Positions 35,001 to 46,647 of a stretch of 64,000 nt of DNA are shown in pieces. Every line of letters starts with the position of its first letter. Positions within the stretch are counted from its first letter, which is position 1. The stretch spans positions 9,984,001-10,048,000 of the forward strand of contig NC_087252.1 in the NCBI RefSeq assembly GCF_037042905.1. The letters are read 5' to 3'. The stretch is from Lytechinus pictus (Eukaryota). The notes under the pieces were generated by a model. It was not told the DNA's origin and searched no databases. It saw only the letters and a list, made by a program, of their open reading frames with translations. Both the position numbers and the translations under genes were made by a program.

Positions 35001-35220
35001 TTTCATTTTGGATGTGAAAGGGAAGAATGATTCCGTCAGCGTTGATCGTCTCAAGGTTGCTCATCTGCCATCTACTACAAGCATGGACAATTCAATTCAA
35101 CATCATGCATCATTTTCATCGCTACCTACTCCTACTGCCTCTACTCCACCGGTGCGGACAACCAGATCAGGTCGCCACGTCCATTTTCCAGCTCGTTTTG
35201 CCCAGTTTTCCAATGGATGA
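32050..35220 (+). CDS. pol: Pol polyprotein (protease, RT, RNase H, integrase), in the -1 frame relative to gag
   Basis: Uninterrupted [13 protein letters not shown] (PR), YIDD (RT), DASD...YTDHKPL..ADALSR (RH), H-H-C-C and HVDLVGP...[10 protein letters not shown]...NGIVER (IN). Confidence 0.96.
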   Translation, partial: GKRQSQPGLRATTRAGAKNKNGRLFYIHDRISGTQFLVDTGAEVSIITPSAVDRQRHTHSEFTLEAVNESRIRTYGERSITLDLGLRRTFRFVFVIADLPTPIIGADFLDEFGLVVDVKHRKLIDSTTKLTIDGIRAPLHTQSVSPMFSRSSTTGSDEYNAILKEYPDITRPDYRPKAVKHSVTHHIVTTGPPCSARPRRLAADRLTIARSEFEHMQELGIVRLSSSNWASPLHMVPKSTPGDWRPCGDYRALNARTVPDRYPVPHTQDFTASLNGKKIFSKIDLVKAYHQIPVEPSDIPKTAITTPFGLFEFTRMPFGLRNAAQSFQRLMDEVVRGLPFVFVYIDDMLVASATEEEHKEHLRLLFARLHEYGIVINPAKCVFGVSSLIFLGHHISADGIRPLEKRVEEIREFARPSSIRQLRRFLGLVNFYRRFIPKAAAILAPLTDMLRGQPKRSTKAVEWTEERISAFERAKEELANAALLVHPSTDLQTNLMVDASDVAVGGVLQQYADGIWKPIAFFSQRLKPTEIRYSTFGRELLAVYLTIRHFRYFLEGREFTVYTDHKPLTYALRSKPDRHSPREIRQLDYISQFTSDIQHVHGVDNTVADALSRLHVDALHTSFTVDFDQIAADQIDDEWEEIQKSTSLTFKQVPRPSSDGMIWCDVSTDHERPYVPKKHRRMVFEALHNMSHPGVHSTQTMITSRFVWPSMNKDIRTWARSCLSCQRSKVHRHIKAPLGTYTAPDARFSHIHVDLVGPLPSSNGYCYMLTCIDRFTRWADAFPISDITAETVAKTLVHGWISRFGAPSTITTDRGRQFESQLFQALTSLLGSSRTRTTAYHPAANGIVERFHRQLKAALRAQSDPSKWQEFLPIALLGIRTTVKEDLGCTPAELVYGTTLKVPGQLVAPTTPDSFSNPGDYVHRLRNYMIDINPARTRSQTTTSHVPPDLQDCSHVFIRCDAVRPSLQPQYDGPYRVVSRTPKFFILDVKGKNDSVSVDRLKVAHLPSTTSMDNSIQHHASFSSLPTPTASTPPVRTTRSGRHVHFPARFAQFSNG

Positions 35221-35288
35221 AAGGACATCTTACATTATCATGGGACCAATGCTTTGTATCGATTAACTTAACTCTTGTTCGTTGATCT

Positions 35289-35298
35289 AGGAGGGGAG
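35289..35298 (+). promoter_or_regulatory. Polypurine tract
   Basis: AGGAGGGGAG, 3 nt upstream of the 3' LTR. Confidence 0.85.
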
Positions 35299-35301
35299 TA
35301 T

Positions 35302-36002
35302 TGTAGTGGTTTTCTTTTCATCAAACACTGATTTCAACATGATCAGAGCTTGATCACTTTATTTTACATTGATCATGCAAAGACAGCTGATTTACAACTT
35401 AATTAATTCTTTTCATGGAGCACCTCTCAGTTAGCCTTTTCAACTTGATTCTCCTGTCTATCTCTAAGCGGATGTTTTTCTCACTTAGCAACGACTAGCC
35501 AATCAGATTTAAGCTGAGAGCAACCTCATGGTTAATTTTTACACTCCAAGACACGCGGTAGAAAGTCTTCACCTAGTAAGGACATGTACAATTTCTGCTA
35601 GTCATTTTTCTTTGCAACACAACAAATAGCTCTTACTTTGGATTTATTTTTCATCATCAGGATTTCAAGTTCTTCATTTTCCATCCTTTTGATTTTGGAC
35701 ATATGTAAATATATATTCATCGCTTTTTTTCCAGGTGGACAGCGTGTAATATTTCTAGGAGAACATCTCGTGTCACGATCACCCTATTCGCGACGCGTTT
35801 CGCTGAGGCCTCACGTGCGCGGTCGTTCTTCATCGCGACATCGTTCTTCATTCGCATTTATCTTGTTTATGGACATCGCATTAAAGGATCCCGATGAATT
35901 AATCGCCACTTGATTTTCTACATTTTTGCCTTCGCATAGAGGACCTCAGTGCTGGTGAGTCAATCAGATATTTTTATGTTAAGAAAGTTCTCATTTCCTA
36001 CA
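35302..36002 (+). repeat. 3' LTR (701 bp)
   Basis: TGTAGTGG...TTCCTACA followed by TSD ATAC. Confidence 0.97.
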
Positions 36003-36898
36003 ATACAAATCGCTCATCCATCCATCCTCCGCTGACACCCGACTGTGTGTACACAGTACCCATCAAAACAGCATCTTTTTAGTGTGGGTAAGCTTTTTCA
36101 CACATGATTCCATACTCTGTATAAGTAATGCTAGAACCAAAATATACACAAATGTTACTTTAATTTCATGGAGATACATTTTGATAAATGTCTGACATTC
36201 CATATCTGACCAGAAAAGGGTACCTCGACCGGCTCATTTAAAAAATAAATCAGCATTTACGAAGACTACACCTGACGGGACCAAATTCATCACTTCGGAG
36301 AGTAAAATGACCCTAATTCTTCCGCCAGTAAAAATATAGTTCCATAGTGGTGAAATATCTTTCCAATTTGGAAAAAGTAAGTTCAGTAGGTACCCTCCCT
36401 AGAATCAGTGTTAGGTTGTCAGTCATATTCATTCATTTTTGTCAATCAGCAATATCAAATTAAAAAAATTGAGCAATGGGTTGGCTCGAATGAATATCTT
36501 TTGCCTGCCAGTTGTAATTAGGCCCGTGCAACCTACGTCATTTTCATTTACCATTATTTTGCTCTCTACTGCCCTCTACATGTGCCTTCGTGGGCTCAAG
36601 AAACGGACAATGCACATGCTCAAAACTGCGGCTTGTTCACCCTTCAATACACAATAAGCGGACTTCCTTTGCCTCTCCTCTCATCATGCTCATAGGTTCC
36701 TTGAACCGCCTTTGTGTATCGTGCTTTGTATGTTGTAAGTTCCCTTTCTGTTCGTTTTTGCTTCAGTACCTCTTCTCATTCATGCACGTGACTGTTGTTT
36801 ATCTGTTCCTGACCGGGTCTTGTATTTCAGATTTCACTGTTCCTGTTATAGACATTTAAATGTCATCTAAAAAAAAAATGCGTTTTCTGATTTTTCTT

Positions 36899-37005
36899 TA
36901 ATAATAATAATAATAATACAGGGTATTTATATTGCGCACATATCCACCTTGTTAGGTGCTCAAGGCGCTCCTATATTACCCGGCTAAGCTAGGCGTTCAT
37001 AGCGC
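36899..37005 (-). mobile_element. SINE 3' fragment with (TTA)n tail
   Basis: CAAGGCGCTCCTATATTACCCGGCTAAGCTA is shared with the SINE at ~63445-63475; (AAT)n at 36900-36918. Confidence 0.75.
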
Positions 37006-37008
37006 AAT

Positions 37009-40000
37009 ATGGCAAATTCGGTAGATACACCATTCAATTCAATTAACGATGATGACTTTCTTGACCTGTTTAGACCACCATTAGTAGAAAGTGAATCAAA
37101 CATAAATCTCTATGTTACTTCCTTTGAAAATCATGTTACAGACAAATTTAATTCATCGTCAAAAGAGTTGAATTATGATTTTGACACTAATAACCAATTT
37201 CAAAGTCCATGTTTTGAATACGTCACCCATAACCAGATTAATGATGTTGTTTTAATAAGGAATTTGATAACTCCTCTTTTTCTCTTATACACCTTAATAT
37301 TAGGAGCATTAACAAACACTTTGAATTACGGTTACTTTTAAATAATCCCACCATGCAAACATTTTCAGTAGTAGGTTTAACCGAAACATGGCTTCCTCAT
37401 GATTCAAGCCTTCAATTCGCTCTCGATGGATATGATCTTTTAGTTAACAACATACAAAATAGGGTGGGTGGGGGCGTTGCATTATATGTTTCACAATCTT
37501 ATGATTATGTAGTTCGAGACGAGCTTAACAGCATGACTGATACAATTGAATCTCCTTTTATTGAAATTACTATCCCTAACAGCAAAAACATTAGCATAGG
37601 TGTTATATACAGGCCTCCGAGTTCGAATATCAAATCATTTCTAGATCATCTCTCAGACTTGGTTAAAAATCAAATTTTTGATAGTAAAAATTGCTTTATA
37701 ATGGGCGATTTTCATATTGATTTATTAAAACCAAATAATGTCATACAAAATTTTTTTGAAATATTTTTATCCGCTTCTTTATACTTACCTTTAATATCTA
37801 AACCCACACGCATAGTCAATGAATCCGCTTCTCTTATTGATAATATTTTCCGTAACGTTCTTTCCCCTACCGATTCCTTCATATTACTCTCTGATATCAC
37901 TGATCACTTCCCTGTCTCGACTAATTTCTCTTTAAAAGACATATTCAATAACATATATAGCCGTCCATTAAAACGAAGAATAACACACGAAAATATAGCT
38001 CGTCTGGGTGTTAGTTTAGACGATGTTGATTGGTCTTGTGTCTTTGATAATAATGACGTTAACTTGTCCTTTGAAAATTTTATGAACATTTTTAATTTAC
38101 ACTTTGACACTCATATTCCAAAACTTAGAGATAAGACATCTAACTAAAAAAAATCACCGAAGCTCCCATGGATTTCTAAATCGCTCTTGCGTTCGATAAA
38201 TAGGAAGAATAATTTATATTATAAATACAAAATGAAACGCTCTGAGCAATCAAAACTTAAATATACTCGTTACAAAAATACATTGACAAAAATGTATTCC
38301 ATGCAATTAACGGCTCTGCTCCACAGTACAATATTAATCTAATCAGCAAATACACTCCAGTCAGGTCCCTACGTTCATCAAACTCTGGTTCCCTAGTTAT
38401 TCCTAAATCCGTTAGGACATGGGGGGGGGGGGGTTCGGGCTTTTGCTCACGCTGGCCCTGTTCTATGGAATGATCTTCCCCTGACAATTCGTGAATGCAC
38501 GTATATTGATACATTTAAACGTTACCTTAAGACTCGTCTATTCAATGCCTCTTACTCTTAATTGTTCCTGAATCTATTACTATTATATTTGTACCTGTTC
38601 TCTTTCGTTCTTTCTTTCTTCTTTCACTGCGCCTTGGGCACTCTGTCGAATGGATTTGGCGCATTACAAATCACATATATTATTATTATTATTATTATTA
38701 AATTATACGTTTAGAAAAGAAAATATATTTTACTAATCAGTTACAACTTTACAAGCGTGATATGCAAAATACATGGAAAGTTTTAAAACAAGCAATGAAT
38801 ATATCAAATAACAAATCTAATATTACAAAAAATAGATCTGGCGATGTTATTTTTGAAGATATTCACCAAATTTGTAGTATCCTGAGTAATCACTTTTCTT
38901 CAATTGGGGAAAATCTTGCAAGTAATATTCCTCCCGCAACAAAACACTTTTCTGAATTTTTAGGCCCTCCAAATTCCAGTTCAATGTTTCTCGCTCTAAC
39001 TTATAATCAGGAGAAAATTTGTTTCTGATTTTAGTTCTAAAAAAAGTACAGGACATAATGACATCAATAATTTTCTTCTTAAGGGGGTAATATCGTCAAT
39101 TGCGGATCCCCTAACTCATATATTCAATCTGTCACTTAACGGCATTGTCCCCGACAGCATGAAAATTGCAAAAGTCATTCCCTTGTTTAAAAAGGGTGAT
39201 AAATTAGATGTTAATTATTACAGCCCAATTTCTTTGTTATCTACATTGTCGAAAATACTTGAAAAGATTATTTATAAAAGAACTGTAAATTTTTCAAATC
39301 AAATAATATTATTTCAAATTCCCAATTTGGATTTAGGGAAAAGCATAGCACCACACATGCTTTATTGAGTTTCATTGAAAAAGCGGCACATGCAATCGAT
39401 AAATCTTTTCATTTAATGGGTTTGTTCCTGGATTTTTCCAAGGCCTTCGACACCATCAATCATGATAGTTTACTTAACAAATTACATCATTATGGAGTGC
39501 GTGGGAAGGCCTTGGAGTGGTTCAGGAGCTACCTCTTGAATAGGAAGCAATATGTCTTTTTAAACGGTTGCAATTCTCAAATGAAAAAAAAAATAATTGT
39601 GCAGTTCCCCAGGGTAGTCTTTTAGGCCCGATTTTGTTTATAGTTTATATTAATGATTTTTGTAGATCATCAGATGTTCTTTCTTTCATTCTCTTTGCGG
39701 ACGACTCTAACTTATTTTTCACATAAAATTCCTCTTCACCTTGCTAATATAATCAACTCTGAACTAGAAAATGTCACCGAATGGATAAGAGCAAATAAAT
39801 TGTCACTAAATCTTCAAAAAACAAAATATATGTTGTTTAGCAACTCTATAAATACACTTCCTGTTGATATTATTTTGGATGGAACTCCCTTGGAAAATGT
39901 ATCACATATTAAATTTCTTGGAATAACAGTCGATAATAAGCTCTCATGGAAATTTCACCTAGATAACATATGTAAAACTATTTCACGCAACATTGGTTTA

Positions 40001-41375
40001 ATTAACAAGCTTAAATTTTGTTTACCATTATCGTCCCTGCTTACATTATATTCATCCCTTATATTGCCTTATTTAAATTATGGAATTTTAGCGTGGGGTA
40101 ATACACAACAAACACTCTTAGACAAATTACTCCTATTACAAAAGAAGTCTCTACGTATTATATGTCACACGGCATATTTGTCTCATACTGACCCATTATT
40201 TTTGGAACATAAAATATTGAAAATTAAAGACTTATATTTGTTTAATCTCGGTCAGTTTATGTATAACTATAACAACAACAACCTCCCAAATGTATTTAAT
40301 TTAATGTTTCCAAAGAATCAATCCATTCACAACTATCCAACAAGGCGATTGGCTGAATTTCATTTACCACTTTTAAGAACTTTGCGGGCTCAGAATACAT
40401 TTATATATGATGGACCGAAGTTATGGAACTCACCTCATAATGATATAACAAATGCAAAATCTTTGAACTGTTTTAAGACTAAATTCAAATTATCTCTATT
40501 AAAACATTATAATATACTCCCAAATTAAGTTTAATTCACCATCTCTGTCAAGTCATCATTATTACTTTAAAGACTACAATTAAAACATAAAATAATTATT
40601 ATCCTTTTTTATAAAAAAAAAATCTGACACAAGTCGTTCTCATATGTGCTCATTATTGAACCTCATACATTACTGTGTCTATCCTCTCTATTTTCTCCTC
40701 CCCTGTCCGCTTATCCGCCTTCCTACCGGTTATTTGTTTACGGCATTAATCACATTTTTCGTGCATTATATTCTTTCCAGGTTATTTTATATTTTGTTCT
40801 CCTTTTATACACATCATTGAATCCAGTTTGATTGAGTCCACGACGGCATGTGTTCTATATACGTACATCAGCACCCATCCATCTTCTCAGGGCATTCTCC
40901 CCTTTTTTTTTCTCTTTTTCTGGGGGGGGGGGGGGAAGGGTGTATATTTTTAGGACTGGTTGTTTTGTCCTTTATCAAACTATATATTTTTGATAACTTT
41001 GTACTTATTTTGTGAGTATTTCCCTTTCATGTATTTTTTTTTCTCATTTGATTATCTGTATTTATACTTTGTTATTTTGTTATTTGTTGTGTTATCTATT
41101 TTTTGAGGGGCCCACATTGTACAAGCATTGCTTTTTAGTGGGTCCCTCCATTTCCATCTTAATTTAATTTCTATTGAAAAATAGTATACATATTTTAAAC
41201 CTACAATGTGTGGCCCAAATTGTCTAAGTGTTTTTTCACAACATATGTATCATTATTTTTTTTTTGGCAAAGGATACAAATATTTATGTTTATATATGGT
41301 ATACAATTTGTTTTTGTTTGATGGAAGTGAAATAAATAAATGTGAATTTGAATTTGAATTTGAATTTGAATTTGA
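37009..41375 (+). mobile_element. CR1/L2-group LINE (Crack/Daphne-like), ORF2 frameshifted
   Basis: APE motifs HLNIRS, GLTETWL, GGGVALYV, VIYRPP, MGDF, SLIDNIF, TDHFPV. RT motifs FLDFSKAFDTINH, VPQGSLLGP, LFADDS. Long 3' UTR ending AATAAA + (TTTGAA)n. Confidence 0.92.
38294..38700 (+). mobile_element. 5'-truncated L2-like LINE 3' end inserted into the CR1-group LINE
   Basis: Translates ..INGSAPQY..LISKYTPVRSLRSS..LVIPK..AFAHAGPVLWNDLPLTIR..DTFKRYLKTRLF, ending in a (TTA)n tail. The host frame YKNTLTK|IIRLEKK rejoins across it. Confidence 0.85.
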
Positions 41376-44300
41376 TATGAATGTAAGGAAATCCCAAGTC
41401 CTGGACTTGGGCTTTTCTTACACTCATACCAGATTTCCCTCCCTTATTTAGGGCATTTCTGAGATGATCTAAGATTCAGCAATTATACACAAAATGAGTC
41501 TATGTATAAGAAACAATTTCACATATTTAACTCAATTTCACCAAAAATTGGAATTGGGCTTTTTTTATATTCAGATACTCAAATACATGTATGTGTTTAG
41601 GTTCACAGTTTCTGATAGCAGATATTGCATCATGTTTGATATGGAAATTCCCATCCACCTAAGAGAAAAAGAGAATATAATTTGTGAATGTTGACACGTT
41701 CAAGCATGCCTGAAACGCCATGAAAAGAGATAATATCAACAGATCAGTGGTTGTTACTACCTAACAAGAGCATTTGGACGTGAACAAAGCATGGTTTTGA
41801 ACATTATCTTCTGAATAGATGAAAATTCCACAGAGGGGTACGACCAAATTTCAAAAGAAAGGTGTAGTAATTTTTATAAAAAGCACATTACGCCTACTGC
41901 ATACTTAAAAACATGAAGGTAATTATACACTCTGAACTTGAAGTTGCACTTTATCAGATATTTACTTTTTTCCAGATCGGACAAGATCGTTAAACGGATA
42001 ATGGCTGATCTTTGCTGAATTTCCCCTTTCGGCCTGTCATTTAATCTCATCGATTACACAATCGATGACTTAACATTACTTTTAAGGGTCTATAAACTTA
42101 ATACAATGCTGGACATTAGATGAGGATAGCATGTTTAGAGATTTAAAATAAAGGAGAAAGCCTCTTGAGAGCAAGCTAGTTCAGTCCATTCCTTTCCATC
42201 TTCTAAATTCTTTTCTTTATTCTTCCCTTTTCTTCATATTCTCGTTCTTATGCTGTTCTCGTATTCCCTTTTCTCTTTGCATTCTCCCCCTTCATTCTCT
42301 CTTCTGTTTTCACTTTTAAAGGCACTTTTCTTTACGATCACATTTTGTTTTGTTCGATTTATTCTCTCTTTCTCTCTCTGCCCCTATTCCTTTCTCCCTC
42401 CCTGCATCAACTCATGTTTCTCTTTCTCTTTCCCCCTTCTCATTATTTGTGGATCGACAACTACGAGCCTACCAGAACAACAAAAAAACAAAAAAAACAT
42501 TATCTGTTTTCTAGAGTGTAAACATAACTTAGGAAATTACAATAGACCAGTTCGTAGTTACTTCATGGACAATTTTGGTCAAATGACCTTTTATTTCTTT
42601 CATTATGATAGGCAGATTTCAAAGCAAGGTTTTACGTAACCTTGCCTTACATAGCAGGATGAAGAAATTGAATAGACCAGGTGACTAGAATAGCACACCA
42701 ATGAACACTTTATGAAGGCATTTGTTGCATTCCTACTTTGAATGCATATCATAGCATGTTGCACAATGTACTTGGCAAACCGTGAAATACCAGTCGTTCG
42801 TGGACGCATTGTTGTTTTTTGTGGATGTAAATGAAAACCACTATTCAAAAGAATATATGAATAATCAAGACATCAATGTTGGTGCTTATCTCATTAGATT
42901 TTAAACCACCATGTCACGTTGGTACAAATGACCTTCCTCTGATCATGCGTAGAATCTTTTGATCATGCGCAGAAAGAAACTACGAATTGGCTTATGGCAT
43001 CATGTTGGATCTGAACCAGATTCGAGGCCGTAAATTTACACACCTGATCAACTGAATGTGCCTGCCAACGCAATCCAAAATCTAAAATTTCAGGGAATTT
43101 CCCTTTTTATTTATTAAAACGTTAGCTAATTCATGACGCACTAATACTAGCTATAATCGTGGATTTTTAACAAAGCTATATGGACAACCCTTTTCATGAC
43201 ATGTTGATTTGTAACATGACTTGTAGTAAATATCTTTGTACAAATAACTGAGAGACTAGAGAAGAACAAATTATAAAGGTATATCACGAGCGTAAAACAT
43301 TCAACATAAACTCGTGTGATACTGTCGCACTTAAAAAACAAACATTAATAGAAATCAGGTTAAAATTAGAATGGTTGAAATGTTTACTACCAGTTGACAG
43401 ATATACATGTATATCTGACATGACATTTCATATCTGACCAGAATAGGATCCCTTGACCGGCCCATTCAAAAATCAAATCGGCTTTTATGAAGACATCTCC
43501 TGACGAGATCAAATTCATCACCTGAAACACTAAAATAGCCCTTACACTTCCGCCAGTCAAAATAGTTCAAATTATTTATATATCTTCCCAATATGGGCTA
43601 AGGATGTTCAGTAGTGACCCTCCCTTGAATTAGTAATATATGCCCCATCATATCAATTCCCTTTTGTCAATTAGCTATATCAAATTGAAAATTTAGGAAA
43701 ATAGGGTTTGCTCGAATGAATATATTTTGCCTTCATTTCTGCAAATAGGCTCATGCGACGTAAAAACCGCATACATTCGTAATTCCGAAGCTTCGTTATT
43801 CCGAAGGTTCGGATATTCCGAAGGTTCGTTATCCCGAAGGTTAGTAATTCCGAAAGTTCGTTAGTCCGAAAACGAAATGAGGTTCGTAATTCCGAAGGTT
43901 CGTTAATCCGAAAACGAAATGAGGTTCGCAATTTATACGAAAATATACGAAATTTACCTGTATGTGATGATCTATAAAAATCATTGTGACTACAATGAGT
44001 ATTTCCTTTTAAGGCTGTTTGGAAACTTTATATTGACTGAAAGTTTTTAAATATAATCTTGGACCTGTTACCTATTGTAATGGGCCCATGATTAAATTTT
44101 TATCCTTTTGGGGAACCACATTGCTGATAAGAATCTAAGGAATCATGCTTTATGAACCAACAACCTATTTTTTTTTCCGAATTGAAAAGGATATTATCAA
44201 TCCCTCAATAAATCTTAGTTGATGGCAAAACCTCTCGTATCACAAATGAAATAATCAAAATATTACAAATTCACCCAAGATGTTTAATACATCACTGTCT

Positions 44301-45224
44301 TTAAAACAGTTTAAAAACATGAAAAGACAAAATAAATACCGTTGCTGTCAACCTGATAATAACAATTGATACTAAATGAGAACTGTTTTATGAATCTTAT
44401 CTTTGTATGAAACCTTCATGGTTTTGCTAGTTTTGTAACATATTAATTTCAAGGTTAGTGAGGCTATCTGGCTATGTAACCAGGTAAAGTGTTAGGACTG
44501 TGGTATTTCCTTTTAATGTAAGGAATATTCAGTTTATTTTGACTGAAAGTTGTAAATATAATCATGGACCCATTACCTTTGTGTGATTGGTCCATGATTA
44601 AATGAATGAATCTGTAGAAAAGGAAGGGTCTTATATCCTTTTGGAGGAACCACAATGCAGATAAAAATCTATGGAATCGTGCCTTATGAGTCAAAATGTT
44701 TTGTTTTAGAGTTGAAAACGATATCACCAATTCCTCAATAAAAAATGAGTTGATGACAAAGCCTCTTGTATCATAAAATGACATAACAAAAATAATACAA
44801 ATTCACCCAAAATGTTATATGTATCACTGTCTTTATAACAGATTAAATCATGAAAAGGAAATAAATACCCTTGCTGTAACCCTGAGTAATCACCATTGAT
44901 ACTACCATTTCGTAAAGATTGTTTTTATGAATCTTCTCTATGTATGATACTATCATGGTTTTGCTGGTTTTGAAACATATTAATTTTCATGTTAGTGAGG
45001 CCATATAGACAAATAGACTACAATGACTGTGATTATAGCAAATATCATTAATATGTGGGGGATAAAGGATGTGTTTTTATGTCTTCTCAGATGGAAGACA
45101 CTGTTTTTTTAAACAAGCATTTATTTTCTTCTTTTTTTTGAATAAAACAAGCCAAATAAGAAGAAGAAAAAAACAGGAATAATGTAATTTATTATTATTT
45201 ATGCAGTAAACCATGATCTTATTA

Positions 45225-45418
45225 TTCAATTCAATTCAATTCTTTTATTTCATTTCCATTCAAAACATAATACAAAGTAATATAAAACAATACAAATCAA
45301 GTACAATTTTACAGAAGGGCATTCTTACTTCGTAAAACAGACAAAAAACAATAGAATATCATGAATATAGAGCATAAATGGAAATGAGGGGATCCACTAA
45401 AAAGCAAAGCTTGTAAAG
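45225..45418 (-). mobile_element. Short 3' end of a CR1-group LINE
   Basis: Revcomp shares TACAAGC.TTGCTTTTTAGTGG.TCCC.C..ATTTCCAT with the 3' UTR at ~41120-41158; (TTGAA)n tail. Confidence 0.7.
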
Positions 45419-46647
45419 AATTGCTTGCTATCTCAGTTGACAAAGCATGCCGTAAAAGGTATCCATGAAATGAGGAAAATATATGTTAATACATTCAACT
45501 AATGGTCATTTTGTTCCTTATTCATTTTTATTGGAATTGCTTAGCTGCCTAGGAACTAATTATACATGTCAGCTTTACGATATGTTTGTGGTAGATAATA
45601 AATAAAGTGTATATAAACATTATTTCCTTTCTTAAAAGGTCATCTGTACTGTAGGCAAAATAGTATTAAGAACACTTGAGTTACTTTATAAATACGTGTA
45701 GCCTCCATACTTTTGTTGCATTCGAATCAATATTATTCCTAAAAGGGAGGTGGTGTGCAGAAAACACTAAAAAGGCCAAAAGTCATTTTTTTTAAATATC
45801 TGTTTTTATAACTGATACTAATCACATAAATTTACAAAATTTGAGAGAATATAATCCTACATTAGAGAAAGAGGGGTAAAACACTGAATTTAACTTTCGT
45901 ATGACACAACGTTACTGTATCCAATATCTTACCACTCATTTCAAACAACAAAAACCATGTGAAATTTATTTCAATGATGAGTCTGACTAAAACATTTATG
46001 ATAGAAATACATTTACATTTGCAAAATTTTAGGACTACGGCTATAGTAATGACAAATTTAAAATAACAGCCATGAGCTTCTGTAGCCCTTCAGTCAGATT
46101 GGCTCATAATACATTTGTTACATAAATCTTGTATTTGTTATTGTGTCAGGTCTTTGAAAAAACTGGACGTAGGTTTACTTAATGAAAGGAATCAATTGAG
46201 AATTTGCATTTAATAACGGACTCCTGTATTTATTATACAATCCATGAATAACCTTTTTTACATATATAGTCCGAGATGGACATAGATTACATTCCTTTTT
46301 GCAACCTTCGAGAATGAAGAAGAAATATAGGCCTTTATATTCTTTCCAATCTTATGCCCTCCAGGATCGAGTCCATAGGTAGTAGTGATCTTATTTTGGG
46401 GCTTTTCTTTTTTTTTACGGTTTCATCTCATAAACTGATCCGGAAAAAGGGAGGTGGATTGGCTGCTCGTTGCTCGTCACCCGGCTCCATGCGTTGTAGG
46501 TCGTCCATCTGTATTTGTGTTTTGTCATGTGTATGTATTGTGTTAGTCATGTTTTTGTCGCATTGTGCTTGTGTCGTTGTTGTTTGTGTACAAAAAATAA
46601 ATCTTCCACAGGTGTTTCCTCTTTAGTATTATTCTCTTACAATGCGT

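Larger units (their letters stand above)
27654..36002 (+). mobile_element. Full-length Ty3/Gypsy LTR retrotransposon (CsRN1/Kabuki-like)
   Basis: Two near-identical TG...CA LTRs, 4-bp TSD ATAC (27650-27653 and 36003-36006), tRNA-Trp PBS, PPT, and gag + pol in PR-RT-RH-IN order. Confidence 0.97.
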
